From the NCBI GenBank assembly GCA_965226375.1, contig CBDDCX010000008.1:1504001-1568000 (forward strand): DNA of 64,000 nt. Direction: 5' to 3'. Of the stretch, positions 31,137 to 41,177 are shown piece by piece (position 1 is the first letter of the stretch; each line of letters opens with the position of its first letter). Position numbers and translations under genes: made by a program. Source of the stretch: Longimicrobiales bacterium. GTDB taxonomy: Bacteria; Gemmatimonadota; Gemmatimonadetes; Longimicrobiales; Gaopeijiaceae. The notes beneath the pieces were generated by a model. The model saw nothing but the letters and a program-made list of their open reading frames with translations, searched no databases and had not been told where the DNA came from.

Positions 31137-34100
31137 GTGTCCGGTAGTCTCCATCCCATCGTTCAGGCGATCAGCACTTGCCACGCCTTCGAGCAGTTGT
31201 GCGATCAGCTCCCGGGCCGAGGGCAACACCGCCTGCTCGGGGGTGCCATTGGCTCGGCGTCGACGGCCGTGGTGGCAGCCCTCCACGAACGCTTCGCGAC
31301 CAGGGTGCTCGTGGTCGTGGCGCCGTCGCCGCAGGCGGCCACCGACGCCGAGGCCGACCTGGAAGTCCTGCTCGGCCGAGAGGAGTCCTTCCTCTTTCCT
31401 CAGAGGGAGGCCCTACCCTACGAATCGAACGAGCCGCATCTCGAGATCGGCGGACTCCGGGTTGAGGCCGTGGAGGCCCTCCTGGGGGGCAGGGCCCGTC
31501 TCATGGTGACGACCCTGCGGGCCCTGCAGGAACGTGCGCCGATCCCGGCCGGTCTGGCGGAGCTCCGCATCACGCTGCGGACGGGCCAGGAACCGGGCTT
31601 CCAACGACTGGTGCAAGACCTGGATGAGAGGGGCTTCGAACGGGTACCCCTCGTGGAAGAGGTCGGGCAGTACGCCGTGCGTGGCGGGCTCCTCGACATC
31701 TTCTCGTTCGGGACGCTCGAGCCGTTCCGCGTCGAGTTCTGGGGAGATGAGGTCGTGTCCCTGCGCTTCTTCGACATTCTGGACCAACGTTCGAAGGAGT
31801 CGACGGACGAGGTCCACATCCTGCCGGTGGACTTCCATAGGCAGCGGGGCGACGAAAGTGTGGTCTCACGGTCACTCCTCGAGCTGCTTCCAGCAGACGC
31901 GCTCCTCCTCCGGTTCGGCGACGAGGACTGGTCGGCCGAACTGGCCCGTACCTGGCGCCACGTGTGTCGACTCCACGACGAGCTCGAGGCCGAGGGAAAC
32001 GACCCTGAGGGACCGGAGACCCTCTTCGTGTCCTCCAGTGAGGCCGAGGACCGACTCTCGAGCCTCGCCCGGGTGGACGTATCGCCCGATGCGAGCGACT
32101 TCCTCGAGCTCGCGTGTGTAGCGCCGCCGGTCGTCGACCGGGACATGTCCCGCTTGGGAGCGGCTCTCAGGGCGGCCTCCGGCATGGGGCACAAGAGCCT
32201 CGTCCTCTGCGACAACCGTGGTCAGTGCGACCGGCTAGAAGAGATTCTCGGTGGCCCCGAAAAGATCCCTCCGGGGGCCAACGTCGTGGTCGGATCCCTC
32301 GCCGCGGGATTCGTGCTCGAATGCGCCGATCCTCCGCTCCAGGTTCTGACGGATCATGAAATTTTCAGACGCTCCCGGAGGGTGCGTAGAACTCGGCGCT
32401 TCCGAGGTGCGGTGGCACTGGAAAGCCTCTCGCAGCTGTCCCCCGGGGACCACGTGGTGCACATGGACCACGGCGTAGGCGTATTCAGGGGCCTCGAACG
32501 GGTCGAGATCGCGGGCAAGGAGCTCGAATCCATGGCCATCGAGTACGCTGGTGGGGAGATCCTCCGCGTGCCCGTGTACCGTCTGGATCAAGTGGAACGG
32601 TGGGTTGGAGAGTCGGAAACGGCCAAGGCCCCCGCCCTGCACAGAATCGGGGGCAAGCGCTGGAAAACCCTGAAGTGCAAGACCACCCAAGCCATCGAAA
32701 AAATGACCGTGGAGCTACTGCAACTGTACGCCAGCCGTTCCACGATCCCGGGTTTCGCTTACTCACCCGATACCCTATGGCAAAAGGAGATGGAGTCCTC
32801 GTTCCTCTACGAGGACACGCCGGACCAGCGTCTGGCCACAGAGGACGTAAAGCGCGACATGGAGTCGTCGGGGCCGATGGACCGACTGATCTGTGGAGAC
32901 GTCGGGTACGGCAAGACCGAAATCGCCATACGGGCGGCTTTCAAGGCAATCCAGGACGGCAAACAGGTAGCCCTCCTGGCCCCCACCACCGTCCTCGTGG
33001 AACAACACCGTCACACCTTTGAAGAGCGACTGGCCGACTACCCGGTCAAGATCGGCGCCCTGAGCCGCTTCCGGACCCCCAAAGAGCAGAAGTTGCTCCT
33101 CCAAGGGGTGAAGACCGGCGAGATCGACATCGTACTCGGCACCCATCGGCTTCTCTCCAAGGACGTGGAGATGCCTCGCCTCGGGCTCCTCATCGTGGAC
33201 GAGGAGCAGCGCTTCGGGGTTCGGCACAAAGAGCGACTCAAGCAACTCCGCACCTCGGTGGACGTGTTGACACTCACGGCGACCCCGATCCCCCGCACCC
33301 TGTACCTGTCCCTCACCGGTATCCGTGATCTCTCGCTCATCCGAACACCGCCGCGGGACCGCATGCCGATTATCACCCACTTGGTCCCCTGGTCCGATCA
33401 AATCATCGCCGAAGCCCTCCAACGAGAACTCGACCGGGGAGGGCAAGCGTTCTTTCTCCACAATCTGGTGTCGACCATTCAGGGTGCCGCCGACCGCATG
33501 CGGAGCCTGGCCCCGGAAGCCAGGGTCGAGGTGGCCCACGGGCAGATGAAGGCACGAGAACTGGACCGGGTCATGCGGGACTTCGTGGACGGACAGGTCG
33601 ACATCCTGGTGTGTTCATCCATCATCGAGAACGGTCTGGACGTGCCCAACGCCAACACGCTGATCGTCAACCGGGCGGACCACTTCGGACTGTCCCAGCT
33701 CTACCAGATCCGAGGTCGCGTAGGACGCTCCGACCGCCGGGCCTACTGCTACCTGATCGTGCCGGACAGCCTCAACGACGAGGCCGAGCGCCGTCTCAGG
33801 GTGCTGGAGCACTACACAGAGTTGGGGAGTGGTTATTCGGTAGCGCTTCGCGACATGGAGCTCAGAGGCGCGGGAAACCTACTCGGCGGAGATCAAACCG
33901 GATTTACCCACGCCATCGGCATCGACGCCTACATGCGCCTCTTGGAGCAGACCGTGAAACGGCTCAAGGAAGGCGATGTCGAGCAGGAGTATCCTCATCC
34001 TGAAATCACGATGGCCGGCTCGGCGTATCTACCCGACGAATACATCCCGGACTCGGGACAGAAACTGCACCTATACCGCCGCCTCTCCAAGCTCACACAT

Positions 34101-34448
34101 ATTGCGGAAGTGGAGGCCTTACGCGAGGAGCTCGAAGACCGGTTCGGCACCCTTCCGAAAGAGGTCGAGCGCCTTCTCGATGGAGCCGGACTGCGAATTC
34201 TCGGGCGCAAGCTCGGGGTCGAGCGTATTCTGCTACGAAAGGGTGAAGCGAGGGTGAACTTCAGATCCACCGCCACGCCCCGGCTGGCCGTTTTGGAAGG
34301 CCCGCTTCGCGACCATCAGGTCGACGTCGAGGTGCGCAGGTTGACGCCTCTTTCGTTGGCCCTTCATCAGGTCGGGCCCGATACGCTAGTTTCGACGTTG
34401 ATCCTCGCGCTTTCGACTTTATTGAATACTCGAAGTGAAACCGTTTAA
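31137..34448 (+). CDS. mfd: transcription-repair coupling factor
   Basis: GDHVVHMDHGVG, CGDVGYGKTE, DEEQRFG, TATPIPRTL, QIRGRVGRS. Confidence 0.97.
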   Translation: MSGSLHPIVQAISTCHAFEQLCDQLPGRGQHRLLGGAIGSASTAVVAALHERFATRVLVVVAPSPQAATDAEADLEVLLGREESFLFPQREALPYESNEPHLEIGGLRVEAVEALLGGRARLMVTTLRALQERAPIPAGLAELRITLRTGQEPGFQRLVQDLDERGFERVPLVEEVGQYAVRGGLLDIFSFGTLEPFRVEFWGDEVVSLRFFDILDQRSKESTDEVHILPVDFHRQRGDESVVSRSLLELLPADALLLRFGDEDWSAELARTWRHVCRLHDELEAEGNDPEGPETLFVSSSEAEDRLSSLARVDVSPDASDFLELACVAPPVVDRDMSRLGAALRAASGMGHKSLVLCDNRGQCDRLEEILGGPEKIPPGANVVVGSLAAGFVLECADPPLQVLTDHEIFRRSRRVRRTRRFRGAVALESLSQLSPGDHVVHMDHGVGVFRGLERVEIAGKELESMAIEYAGGEILRVPVYRLDQVERWVGESETAKAPALHRIGGKRWKTLKCKTTQAIEKMTVELLQLYASRSTIPGFAYSPDTLWQKEMESSFLYEDTPDQRLATEDVKRDMESSGPMDRLICGDVGYGKTEIAIRAAFKAIQDGKQVALLAPTTVLVEQHRHTFEERLADYPVKIGALSRFRTPKEQKLLLQGVKTGEIDIVLGTHRLLSKDVEMPRLGLLIVDEEQRFGVRHKERLKQLRTSVDVLTLTATPIPRTLYLSLTGIRDLSLIRTPPRDRMPIITHLVPWSDQIIAEALQRELDRGGQAFFLHNLVSTIQGAADRMRSLAPEARVEVAHGQMKARELDRVMRDFVDGQVDILVCSSIIENGLDVPNANTLIVNRADHFGLSQLYQIRGRVGRSDRRAYCYLIVPDSLNDEAERRLRVLEHYTELGSGYSVALRDMELRGAGNLLGGDQTGFTHAIGIDAYMRLLEQTVKRLKEGDVEQEYPHPEITMAGSAYLPDEYIPDSGQKLHLYRRLSKLTHIAEVEALREELEDRFGTLPKEVERLLDGAGLRILGRKLGVERILLRKGEARVNFRSTATPRLAVLEGPLRDHQVDVEVRRLTPLSLALHQVGPDTLVSTLILALSTLLNTRSETV

Positions 34449-34482
34449 CCAGATATGCCATAGTATGTTAAGGATGACAGCG

Positions 34483-35946
34483 ATGTACACAGCCCAGCCT
34501 CTTCCCCGGATAGCACGTGCCGTCCGCGCCGCAACCCTCGGATTGGTGACGATCCTCGGAGCGTGTGATGCGGGATCCGATCGGACCGTGGCCAGGGTCG
34601 GAGACCACGAGCTCTCTGTCGACCAACTCGTCGAGCTCCTGGCCCGTCAAAACGCGGTACCCAATCAGCCGGATGTCGTAGAGGCTCTCGCGAACTTCTG
34701 GGTCGACTACGCTCTGCTTGCTGAGTCCGCGCAGGAGGACCCTCTGTTCACGAACCTCGATCTGAGCCCACTCCTGGATCCTCAGTTCCAGCAGGAGATC
34801 ATCGAACTGTACCTCGCCTCGGCCGTAGACCCGGATACGGCGCTCTCCGACGATGCGCTCCGAGCGTTGTGGGACGCGGATCCGCCCGCGGATTCCGTGC
34901 GGGCCCGGCACATTCTGCTCACCTTTCCGGCCCAGGCCACGGAGACTCAGGTCGACAGCGTCATGAGACTGGCCGTCGAGTTGAAGAACCGGGCGCAACG
35001 GGGGGAGTCCTTCGAGGCGCTCGCCCGTCGATATTCCGAAGATACGGGGAGCGGGTCGCTCGGCGGCGATCTGGGCTACTTCGGGCCCGGCGCCATGGTG
35101 CCGAGCTTCGAGGAGGCGGCCTATGCCCTCGAAGTGGGAGGTGTGAGCGACCCCGTGGGAAGCCAGTTCGGAGTGCACATGATTCAACTGGTCGACCGCA
35201 AGCCGACGACCTTCGACAACGGTGCGGCCGCCTTCAGGACTTTCGTGGTCGCGCAACGGGTCCGCCAAGCCGACTCGACGTTCCTCGCCGACCTGGACGA
35301 AGAGGCCGGCATCGAAGTGACGCCGGCGGCCGTTGCCGTACTGAGGGAACTCGCCGCCCGACCGCAAGAGCGGTTGAGCGGACGCGCCGCCAGTCGGACG
35401 GTGGTCGATTACCAAGGCGGCAAGTATTCGGCGGGAGAGCTTCGCGAGTTCTTACAATCCAGACCCGTCGAGTTCGCCACTCAGGTCCAGGGCGCCTCAG
35501 AAGAGGACGTGCGCGTGCTCCTGCAGCGGCTGGGTCAGGCTCGCGTGCTAATCGCGAAGGCCGAAGATGCGGGCATCACGCTGTCGGAGGAGCGTAAGGA
35601 CACGCTGCGTACTGCTACGATAGCCCAGGTGACCCAGGCGGCCGACGCCCTCGGTATCCGCCAAATAACGGCGTTGGAAAACGAGACGGCGGACGAAGCA
35701 CTCGATCGTACGCTACTACAGATTCTGCGGGAGCTGGTGGCAGGCACTCGCAACGCCATCCCACTCAGTGTGATCACCGTTACTCTCCGACGAGACGAGC
35801 ACTGGACGGTTTCGGATCGCTCCATCGCGGCCACCGTGGCTCGGATCGACGAACTCCTCGGGGTGACGGAGGGAACACAGCCGCCGGCCGCGCCCATCGC
35901 GCAACCCGCACCGGATGAGCCGGTCCAGGATACGACCGAAAACTGA
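34483..35946 (+). CDS. PpiC-type peptidyl-prolyl isomerase, probable lipoprotein
   Basis: LGAC lipobox; ARHIL..FEALARRYSED..GGDLGYF..MVPSFEEAA. Confidence 0.85.
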   Translation: MYTAQPLPRIARAVRAATLGLVTILGACDAGSDRTVARVGDHELSVDQLVELLARQNAVPNQPDVVEALANFWVDYALLAESAQEDPLFTNLDLSPLLDPQFQQEIIELYLASAVDPDTALSDDALRALWDADPPADSVRARHILLTFPAQATETQVDSVMRLAVELKNRAQRGESFEALARRYSEDTGSGSLGGDLGYFGPGAMVPSFEEAAYALEVGGVSDPVGSQFGVHMIQLVDRKPTTFDNGAAAFRTFVVAQRVRQADSTFLADLDEEAGIEVTPAAVAVLRELAARPQERLSGRAASRTVVDYQGGKYSAGELREFLQSRPVEFATQVQGASEEDVRVLLQRLGQARVLIAKAEDAGITLSEERKDTLRTATIAQVTQAADALGIRQITALENETADEALDRTLLQILRELVAGTRNAIPLSVITVTLRRDEHWTVSDRSIAATVARIDELLGVTEGTQPPAAPIAQPAPDEPVQDTTEN

Positions 35947-36001
35947 CGAGAACTCGTATGCGCCGATCGGAACATGACTTTTCGAAGAGGTTAGAGAACG
36001 G

Positions 36002-37375
36002 ATGAGAAACCGTTCAGTGAAATCAGCATCCGCAATGCGAGCCGGGGGCCGGATCCTGATGACCCCCCTGTTCATCGCGGTACTCGTGGCAGCCAACACA
36101 GAGTCGGCCGCCGCGCAGAACCCTCCGGGCCTCACCGACGTGGTCGAACAGGTGGCCGCCGTCGTGGGTGACTCCGTGATCCTCATGACGGAGATCGATT
36201 CCTACCTTCTCCGACTGGAGGCGCAGGGTTGGACTCGCCCCGAGACCACGTCCGAGCTGATGTCCTTCAAAGCCGATGTGCTCGATCTCCTGATCAACGA
36301 GCAACTGGTGATTCAGGATGCCGGACGCGACAGCACGCTCGCCGTGGGTGAAGAAGAGCTGGAGGAACGGCTCCAGTTGGAGATCGACGGCCAGATCCGT
36401 CAGTTCGGCACGCTGTCGCGGCTACAGGAAGCGCTCGCAGAGCAAAGCATGACCATGTCGATCTTTCGTGACCAACGCAGGAGCGCCATCAAGCGCCAAC
36501 TCCTGCAAGAGCGCTACATGGCCAAGAGGGGTCGCAGCGCAAGGAACGTCGTCATCTCCGAGGAAGAGCTCCGGACCTTCTTCGCCGAGAACAAGGAGCA
36601 GCTGCCCCAGCTCCCGCCCACCATCGCCTTCATGAACCTGCAATTGGCTCCCTTACCGACGGAGGCCGCGAAGGCCGAAGCGCTCGCTGAGGCCGATAGC
36701 GTCTTGCGGATGTTACGCGACGGTGAACAAGACGACTTCGGCGAGCTGGCGAGGCAATTCTCGGACGGACCGTCGGCGAGTGACGGGGGGCAGCTAGGCT
36801 GGGTTCGGCGCGACGGCGCGTTCGTCGAAGAATTTGAAGAAGTCGCGTTCATGCTCGCACCGGGAATGGTGAGTGTTCCGACCGAGACCGACTTCGGGTA
36901 CCACTTGATCCTGGTGGAGCGAGTTCGAGGCGGTGAGCGACGAGTTCGGCACATTCTCTTCCAGCCGGAGATCACCGAAGCGGACATCGCGGCCAATCTG
37001 GAACGGGCCACCGAGTACAGGGATCGCTTGCGCGACGGGGAAGATATGGGGGAATTGGCCGAGCTGATCGAAGAATCAGTGGACACCCTGGACCTGACCG
37101 TCGCCGAGATCAATCAGATCTCGAACGTCTATGCCGAAGCCCTCCAGACGGCAGAACCGGGTGATATCCTGGGCCCTCTCCGTTTCGGAGCGGAAGGCGA
37201 CAATACCCTGGCGCTCATCAAGGTGACAACCGTCAAAGGGGGAGGAGACGTCCAGTTCGAGGATGTGCGGGATCAGATCGAGACGCGCATGCAGTCGGCG
37301 CGGCTCACCGAGGGCGTGGTCGAGGGCTTGAGAGATCGCGTATTCATCGAGATCCGACTCGCTGGAGCGCGCTGA
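36002..37375 (+). CDS. surA: SurA-like chaperone/PPIase
   Basis: VAAVVGDSVIL N-domain, FGELARQFSD..GGQLG, VRHIL; lies upstream of pdxA. Confidence 0.8.
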   Translation: MRNRSVKSASAMRAGGRILMTPLFIAVLVAANTESAAAQNPPGLTDVVEQVAAVVGDSVILMTEIDSYLLRLEAQGWTRPETTSELMSFKADVLDLLINEQLVIQDAGRDSTLAVGEEELEERLQLEIDGQIRQFGTLSRLQEALAEQSMTMSIFRDQRRSAIKRQLLQERYMAKRGRSARNVVISEEELRTFFAENKEQLPQLPPTIAFMNLQLAPLPTEAAKAEALAEADSVLRMLRDGEQDDFGELARQFSDGPSASDGGQLGWVRRDGAFVEEFEEVAFMLAPGMVSVPTETDFGYHLILVERVRGGERRVRHILFQPEITEADIAANLERATEYRDRLRDGEDMGELAELIEESVDTLDLTVAEINQISNVYAEALQTAEPGDILGPLRFGAEGDNTLALIKVTTVKGGGDVQFEDVRDQIETRMQSARLTEGVVEGLRDRVFIEIRLAGAR

Positions 37376-37391
37376 CGCGCTGTAGCAGCAG

Positions 37392-38336
37392 ATGTCGGCG
37401 AACCGTCTTGCGGTCACGTTGGGAGACCCGCGGGGCATAGGGCCGGAGGTAGTGCTGAAGGCCGTGGCCAACCTTCAGCCTCGAGAGGACGCCGCTCCGA
37501 TCGTCTTGGTCGGCCCGGACGGCTACGACCCCGGCGTCGGTCCATACGAGTCGGTCGGATCCTTCGACGGCACAGAGGCCTCGGCCGGCTCCGTGTCCGC
37601 CTTGGCCATCGAGCGGGCCGTGACCCTGGCGCTGGAAGGCTCAGTCTCAGGCATCGTAACGGGTCCTATCCATAAACCTGCCCTCCGCGCTGCCGGCCTT
37701 GTCGATCCGGGACACACCGAGATGCTAAAACGGCTCACGGGTGCCCCCGAAGTGGGCATGCTCATGGCCGCGGAGGAGACGGGGCTCGGCGGCCCCTTAC
37801 GGGTCCTCCTGGCCACGACCCACGTCGCGCTGAGACGTGTACCCGACCTCGTGAGCCTGCAGGTGCTCGTCAGCCAGACCACTCTGTTGAGTCGGGCGCT
37901 GGAGAACGATTGGGGCATCGCGACACCCCAGATCGCGCTGTGTGCGCTCAACCCCCACGCGTCGGACGAGGGGCTTTTCGGAGACGACGAGGCCGTCGTC
38001 TTCCTTCCCGCTGTGGAGGAACTTCGGAGGGCAGGCGTCCTCGCCCATGGCCCCATTCCGGCGGATACGGTGTTCAGCCGTGCGCTTAGGGGTGAATTCG
38101 ACGCGGTCGTGGCGCCCTACCACGACGTGGGCATGGCCCCGTTCAAGACCGTGACCTTCGGGCAGGGCGTCAACGTCACGTTGGGACTGCCCTTCGTTCG
38201 GACCTCGCCGGACCACGGTACGGCGTTCGACCTGGTGGGAACCGGGCGAGCGGACTCGTCTTCCATGGAAGAGGCCATCCGTATGGCCGAACTCATAACA
38301 CAAAACCGTTTTGACACGCTGCCCGCCCAGGCTTAG
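37392..38336 (+). CDS. pdxA: 4-hydroxythreonine-4-phosphate dehydrogenase
   Basis: TLGDPRGIGPEV, GHTE, LNPHA, YHD, RTSPDHGTAFD. Confidence 0.95.
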   Translation: MSANRLAVTLGDPRGIGPEVVLKAVANLQPREDAAPIVLVGPDGYDPGVGPYESVGSFDGTEASAGSVSALAIERAVTLALEGSVSGIVTGPIHKPALRAAGLVDPGHTEMLKRLTGAPEVGMLMAAEETGLGGPLRVLLATTHVALRRVPDLVSLQVLVSQTTLLSRALENDWGIATPQIALCALNPHASDEGLFGDDEAVVFLPAVEELRRAGVLAHGPIPADTVFSRALRGEFDAVVAPYHDVGMAPFKTVTFGQGVNVTLGLPFVRTSPDHGTAFDLVGTGRADSSSMEEAIRMAELITQNRFDTLPAQA

Positions 38337-38339
38337 CTT
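38311..38339 (+). promoter_or_regulatory. sigma70-type promoter for ftsEX-envC
   Basis: TTGACA-N17-TAGCTT, 33 bp upstream of the ftsE ATG. Confidence 0.7.
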
Positions 38340-38372
38340 TTTTACCCGGGCACTCGTTGCTCCCGGAAGTGG

Positions 38373-39104
38373 ATGGCAAATACCAACTTACGGGGTCGCG
38401 ACAACCGCGTGATAAAGTTCATTCACGTCACAAAAGAGTATGGTCGGGGTGAGCCCGCCCTCAAGGACATTTCCTTCCATCTACCCAAGGCCCAGTTCGC
38501 TTTCCTCAGGGGCCATTCAGGTTCGGGCAAATCCACGACGATGCGACTCGTCCACATGGTCGAGAAGCCGAGTCGGGGTGAGGTCCGGGTGAGCGGTTTT
38601 TCGTCAGAGCGTACCTCCGCGCGTGACGTCTGGAAGCTCCGCCGGCGCGTTGGATACGTCTTCCAGGACTTCCGCTTGCTGCCTGGCCGCACGGCGATGG
38701 AGAACGTGGCCTTCGCACTCGAGGTGACGGGCACGAGCAGAAAGCAGATCAAGCCTCGCGCACAGCGTCTGCTGTCCCAGGTGGGACTGGCCCCGAAGGC
38801 CGGTTCAGCGGTTCACGAGCTCTCGGGCGGGGAACAACAGCGGGTTGCCATCGCCCGTGCACTCGCACATGAGCCCCTCCTGCTGCTGGCCGACGAACCC
38901 TCGGGCAACCTCGACGATCGCGCCACGCGCGGCATCATGGAGCTGTTCTGGGAAATCAATGCCTTGGGGATGGCCGTCCTGATGGCCACCCACGATCTGG
39001 ACCTGATCCGCCGCTATCCGTCGGCTCGAGTTCTGGAGCTCGACCAAGGACGGTTGGTGTACGACTCCCACGAAACGCCTCAGGCGGAAGGGAGCGAGGA
39101 CTGA
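38373..39104 (+). CDS. ftsE: cell division ATP-binding protein
   Basis: GHSGSGKST, VFQDFRLL, LSGGEQQR, ADEPSGNLD; followed by ftsX. Confidence 0.93.
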   Translation: MANTNLRGRDNRVIKFIHVTKEYGRGEPALKDISFHLPKAQFAFLRGHSGSGKSTTMRLVHMVEKPSRGEVRVSGFSSERTSARDVWKLRRRVGYVFQDFRLLPGRTAMENVAFALEVTGTSRKQIKPRAQRLLSQVGLAPKAGSAVHELSGGEQQRVAIARALAHEPLLLLADEPSGNLDDRATRGIMELFWEINALGMAVLMATHDLDLIRRYPSARVLELDQGRLVYDSHETPQAEGSED

Positions 39105-39105
39105 C

Positions 39106-39963
39106 GTGTTCTACACCGTCCGAGAAACCATCTCCGCCTTTCGCCGGGCCCCACTCCTGACCGGTCTTTCGGCCGCAATGGTGGCCCTGGCCCTGTTCGT
39201 AGTCGGGCTGTTTTCCCTCGCGGCCCACAATCTGAAGCTCGCTTTCGACACCCTCGAGGAACGGGTGGAGATCGTCGCCTACCTCGGGGACGATGCGACC
39301 AATGACCAGATCGCTGAAATGGAGAGCGCCATGTCGGCGCTTCCCGAGGTGGTGGCCGTCGAGTTCGTAACCAAGAACGAGGCGCTCGAGAAAGCACGTC
39401 GGGAGCTTCCCGAATTCCGCGAGGTGATGACCGACCTGGAGGTAAACCCCCTCCCGGCCTCACTCGAGATCGAACTGCAACCTGGCAGTCGGACACCGGC
39501 AACGGTCGATAGGCTGGCCCGACAGGCCCGGCTCTATCCCTTCGTGGAGGACGTACAGTACGGACGGGAGTGGGTAGACAAGCTCTTCACGCTCCGGCGG
39601 ATGGGGGGCGTCACCGCCACCGTGCTGGGCGTTGCGTTCGCCGTGGTGGCCGCCCTCATCATCGGGACAGCCGTTCGGATCGCCATCTTCGCCAGGCGTG
39701 AAGAGATCAAAGTGATGCAGTTGGTCGGCGCACGGAACGGGTTCATTCGGCGCCCCTTCCTCGTCGAGGGCGGGATTACCGGAGCCCTGGGCGGGATCCT
39801 GGCGGTCGGACTCACGTACGCGACCTTCAGGGCGGTCTTCCACTATCTGTTCTCCATCGAATGGATCCCGATGGAGTGGGCCGGCGGCGTGGTCTTGGCA
39901 GGTGTGGTCTTCGGCGTCATCGCCAGCGGCTTCGCTGTACGCAAACACCTCAGGGAAGTCTGA
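39106..39963 (+). CDS. ftsX: cell division permease
   Basis: NPLPAS, ARREEIKVMQLVGA..FIRRPFLVEG, four TM helices. Confidence 0.93.
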   Translation: MFYTVRETISAFRRAPLLTGLSAAMVALALFVVGLFSLAAHNLKLAFDTLEERVEIVAYLGDDATNDQIAEMESAMSALPEVVAVEFVTKNEALEKARRELPEFREVMTDLEVNPLPASLEIELQPGSRTPATVDRLARQARLYPFVEDVQYGREWVDKLFTLRRMGGVTATVLGVAFAVVAALIIGTAVRIAIFARREEIKVMQLVGARNGFIRRPFLVEGGITGALGGILAVGLTYATFRAVFHYLFSIEWIPMEWAGGVVLAGVVFGVIASGFAVRKHLREV

Positions 39964-39965
39964 TC

Positions 39966-41177
39966 GTGTCCCATCGCCCGTCTCTGCTGATTCCAGCTCT
40001 CCTCTTCGGGGCAGTCCTCGTTGGGCCGTCGAGTCTCACGGGTCAGGCCGAGGGCATACGGAGGGAGATCCTCGAGAGCCAACGACGCCTCGAACAGGTG
40101 CGCGCGGAGCGGGTGCTGCTGCAGCGCGAAATGTCCAACCTGGAGGGTCGCGTCCGCGACGTATCGGGGGAACTCGCCAACATCGAGCGCCAGATCAGTG
40201 CCTCCCGGTCGGCTCTCGGCGAGATCGACTTCCAAGTCGACGCGGTGGCAGGCGAGATCGAAGGCTCAGCGCGCAACCTCGTGGTCACCAGGGAAAGGCT
40301 GAAGAACGGGGCCGCTGTGCTCAATCGCCGGCTACGGGATATCTATAAGCGAGGCCCCCTTCATTCGGTGAGCGTGATGCTGGGGGCCGCGTCGTTCTCC
40401 GACCTGCTCACCCGCTATCGGTATCTGAGGCTTATCGCTTCTTACGATCGCACGCTTGTGCGGCGGGTGGGGGAGCTCGAGGCCAATCTGGTGGTTCAGA
40501 ATGACGATCTCGAGAACCAGATGTCCGACCTCGGTCGTCTGCGGCAGGCCAAGCAAGGAGAGGTGGTGTCACTCAGAACGGTGGAAGACCGACACCGGAG
40601 AGCACTGGAAAGCTTCCGATCTGAGGAGCGGCGAGCGGGAAGCCGTCTGGAGGAGCTCGACAGTGACGAGACCCGCCTGACGGGATTGGTCACCGACCTC
40701 GAAGCCCGACGCCTCGAGGCGGAGCGTCGTTCGGCAAGTGGCGCCCCGACCCTGTCTTCCGAAGACGTAGGCTCCCTCGACTGGCCTGTGAACGGCGAGC
40801 TGATCTATCGCTTTGGTCGAGAGCGGAGACCGAACGGGATCGTCCTCAGATGGAACGGAATCGGCATTCGGGCTTCCATCGGGTCGCCCGTTCGGGCAGT
40901 TCGTGCGGGAACGGTGGTCCTGGCGGGACCGTTCGAGGGGTATGGCCCCACCGTGGTGCTCAGTCACGGCCAGGGCTTCTATACACTCTATCTCTACCTC
41001 GAAGAGATAGGGGTAATCCAGGGGCGGCAGGTGGTGGCGAGTCAGGTAGTCGGGACGGTGGGTGGGTCCGATACGCCCGAAGGCCCACACATCGAGTTCC
41101 AGGTAAGGGCACCCGTCGACGGCGGGTCACCGCAAGCCCGGGATCCACTCCAGTGGCTACGGCCCTTGGGCAGGTGA
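39966..41177 (+). CDS. envC: murein hydrolase activator EnvC (coiled coil + degenerate M23)
   Basis: Signal peptide, long coiled coil, WPVNG..WNGIGI..GYG..TLY (lacks the zinc histidines). Confidence 0.85.
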   Translation: MSHRPSLLIPALLFGAVLVGPSSLTGQAEGIRREILESQRRLEQVRAERVLLQREMSNLEGRVRDVSGELANIERQISASRSALGEIDFQVDAVAGEIEGSARNLVVTRERLKNGAAVLNRRLRDIYKRGPLHSVSVMLGAASFSDLLTRYRYLRLIASYDRTLVRRVGELEANLVVQNDDLENQMSDLGRLRQAKQGEVVSLRTVEDRHRRALESFRSEERRAGSRLEELDSDETRLTGLVTDLEARRLEAERRSASGAPTLSSEDVGSLDWPVNGELIYRFGRERRPNGIVLRWNGIGIRASIGSPVRAVRAGTVVLAGPFEGYGPTVVLSHGQGFYTLYLYLEEIGVIQGRQVVASQVVGTVGGSDTPEGPHIEFQVRAPVDGGSPQARDPLQWLRPLGR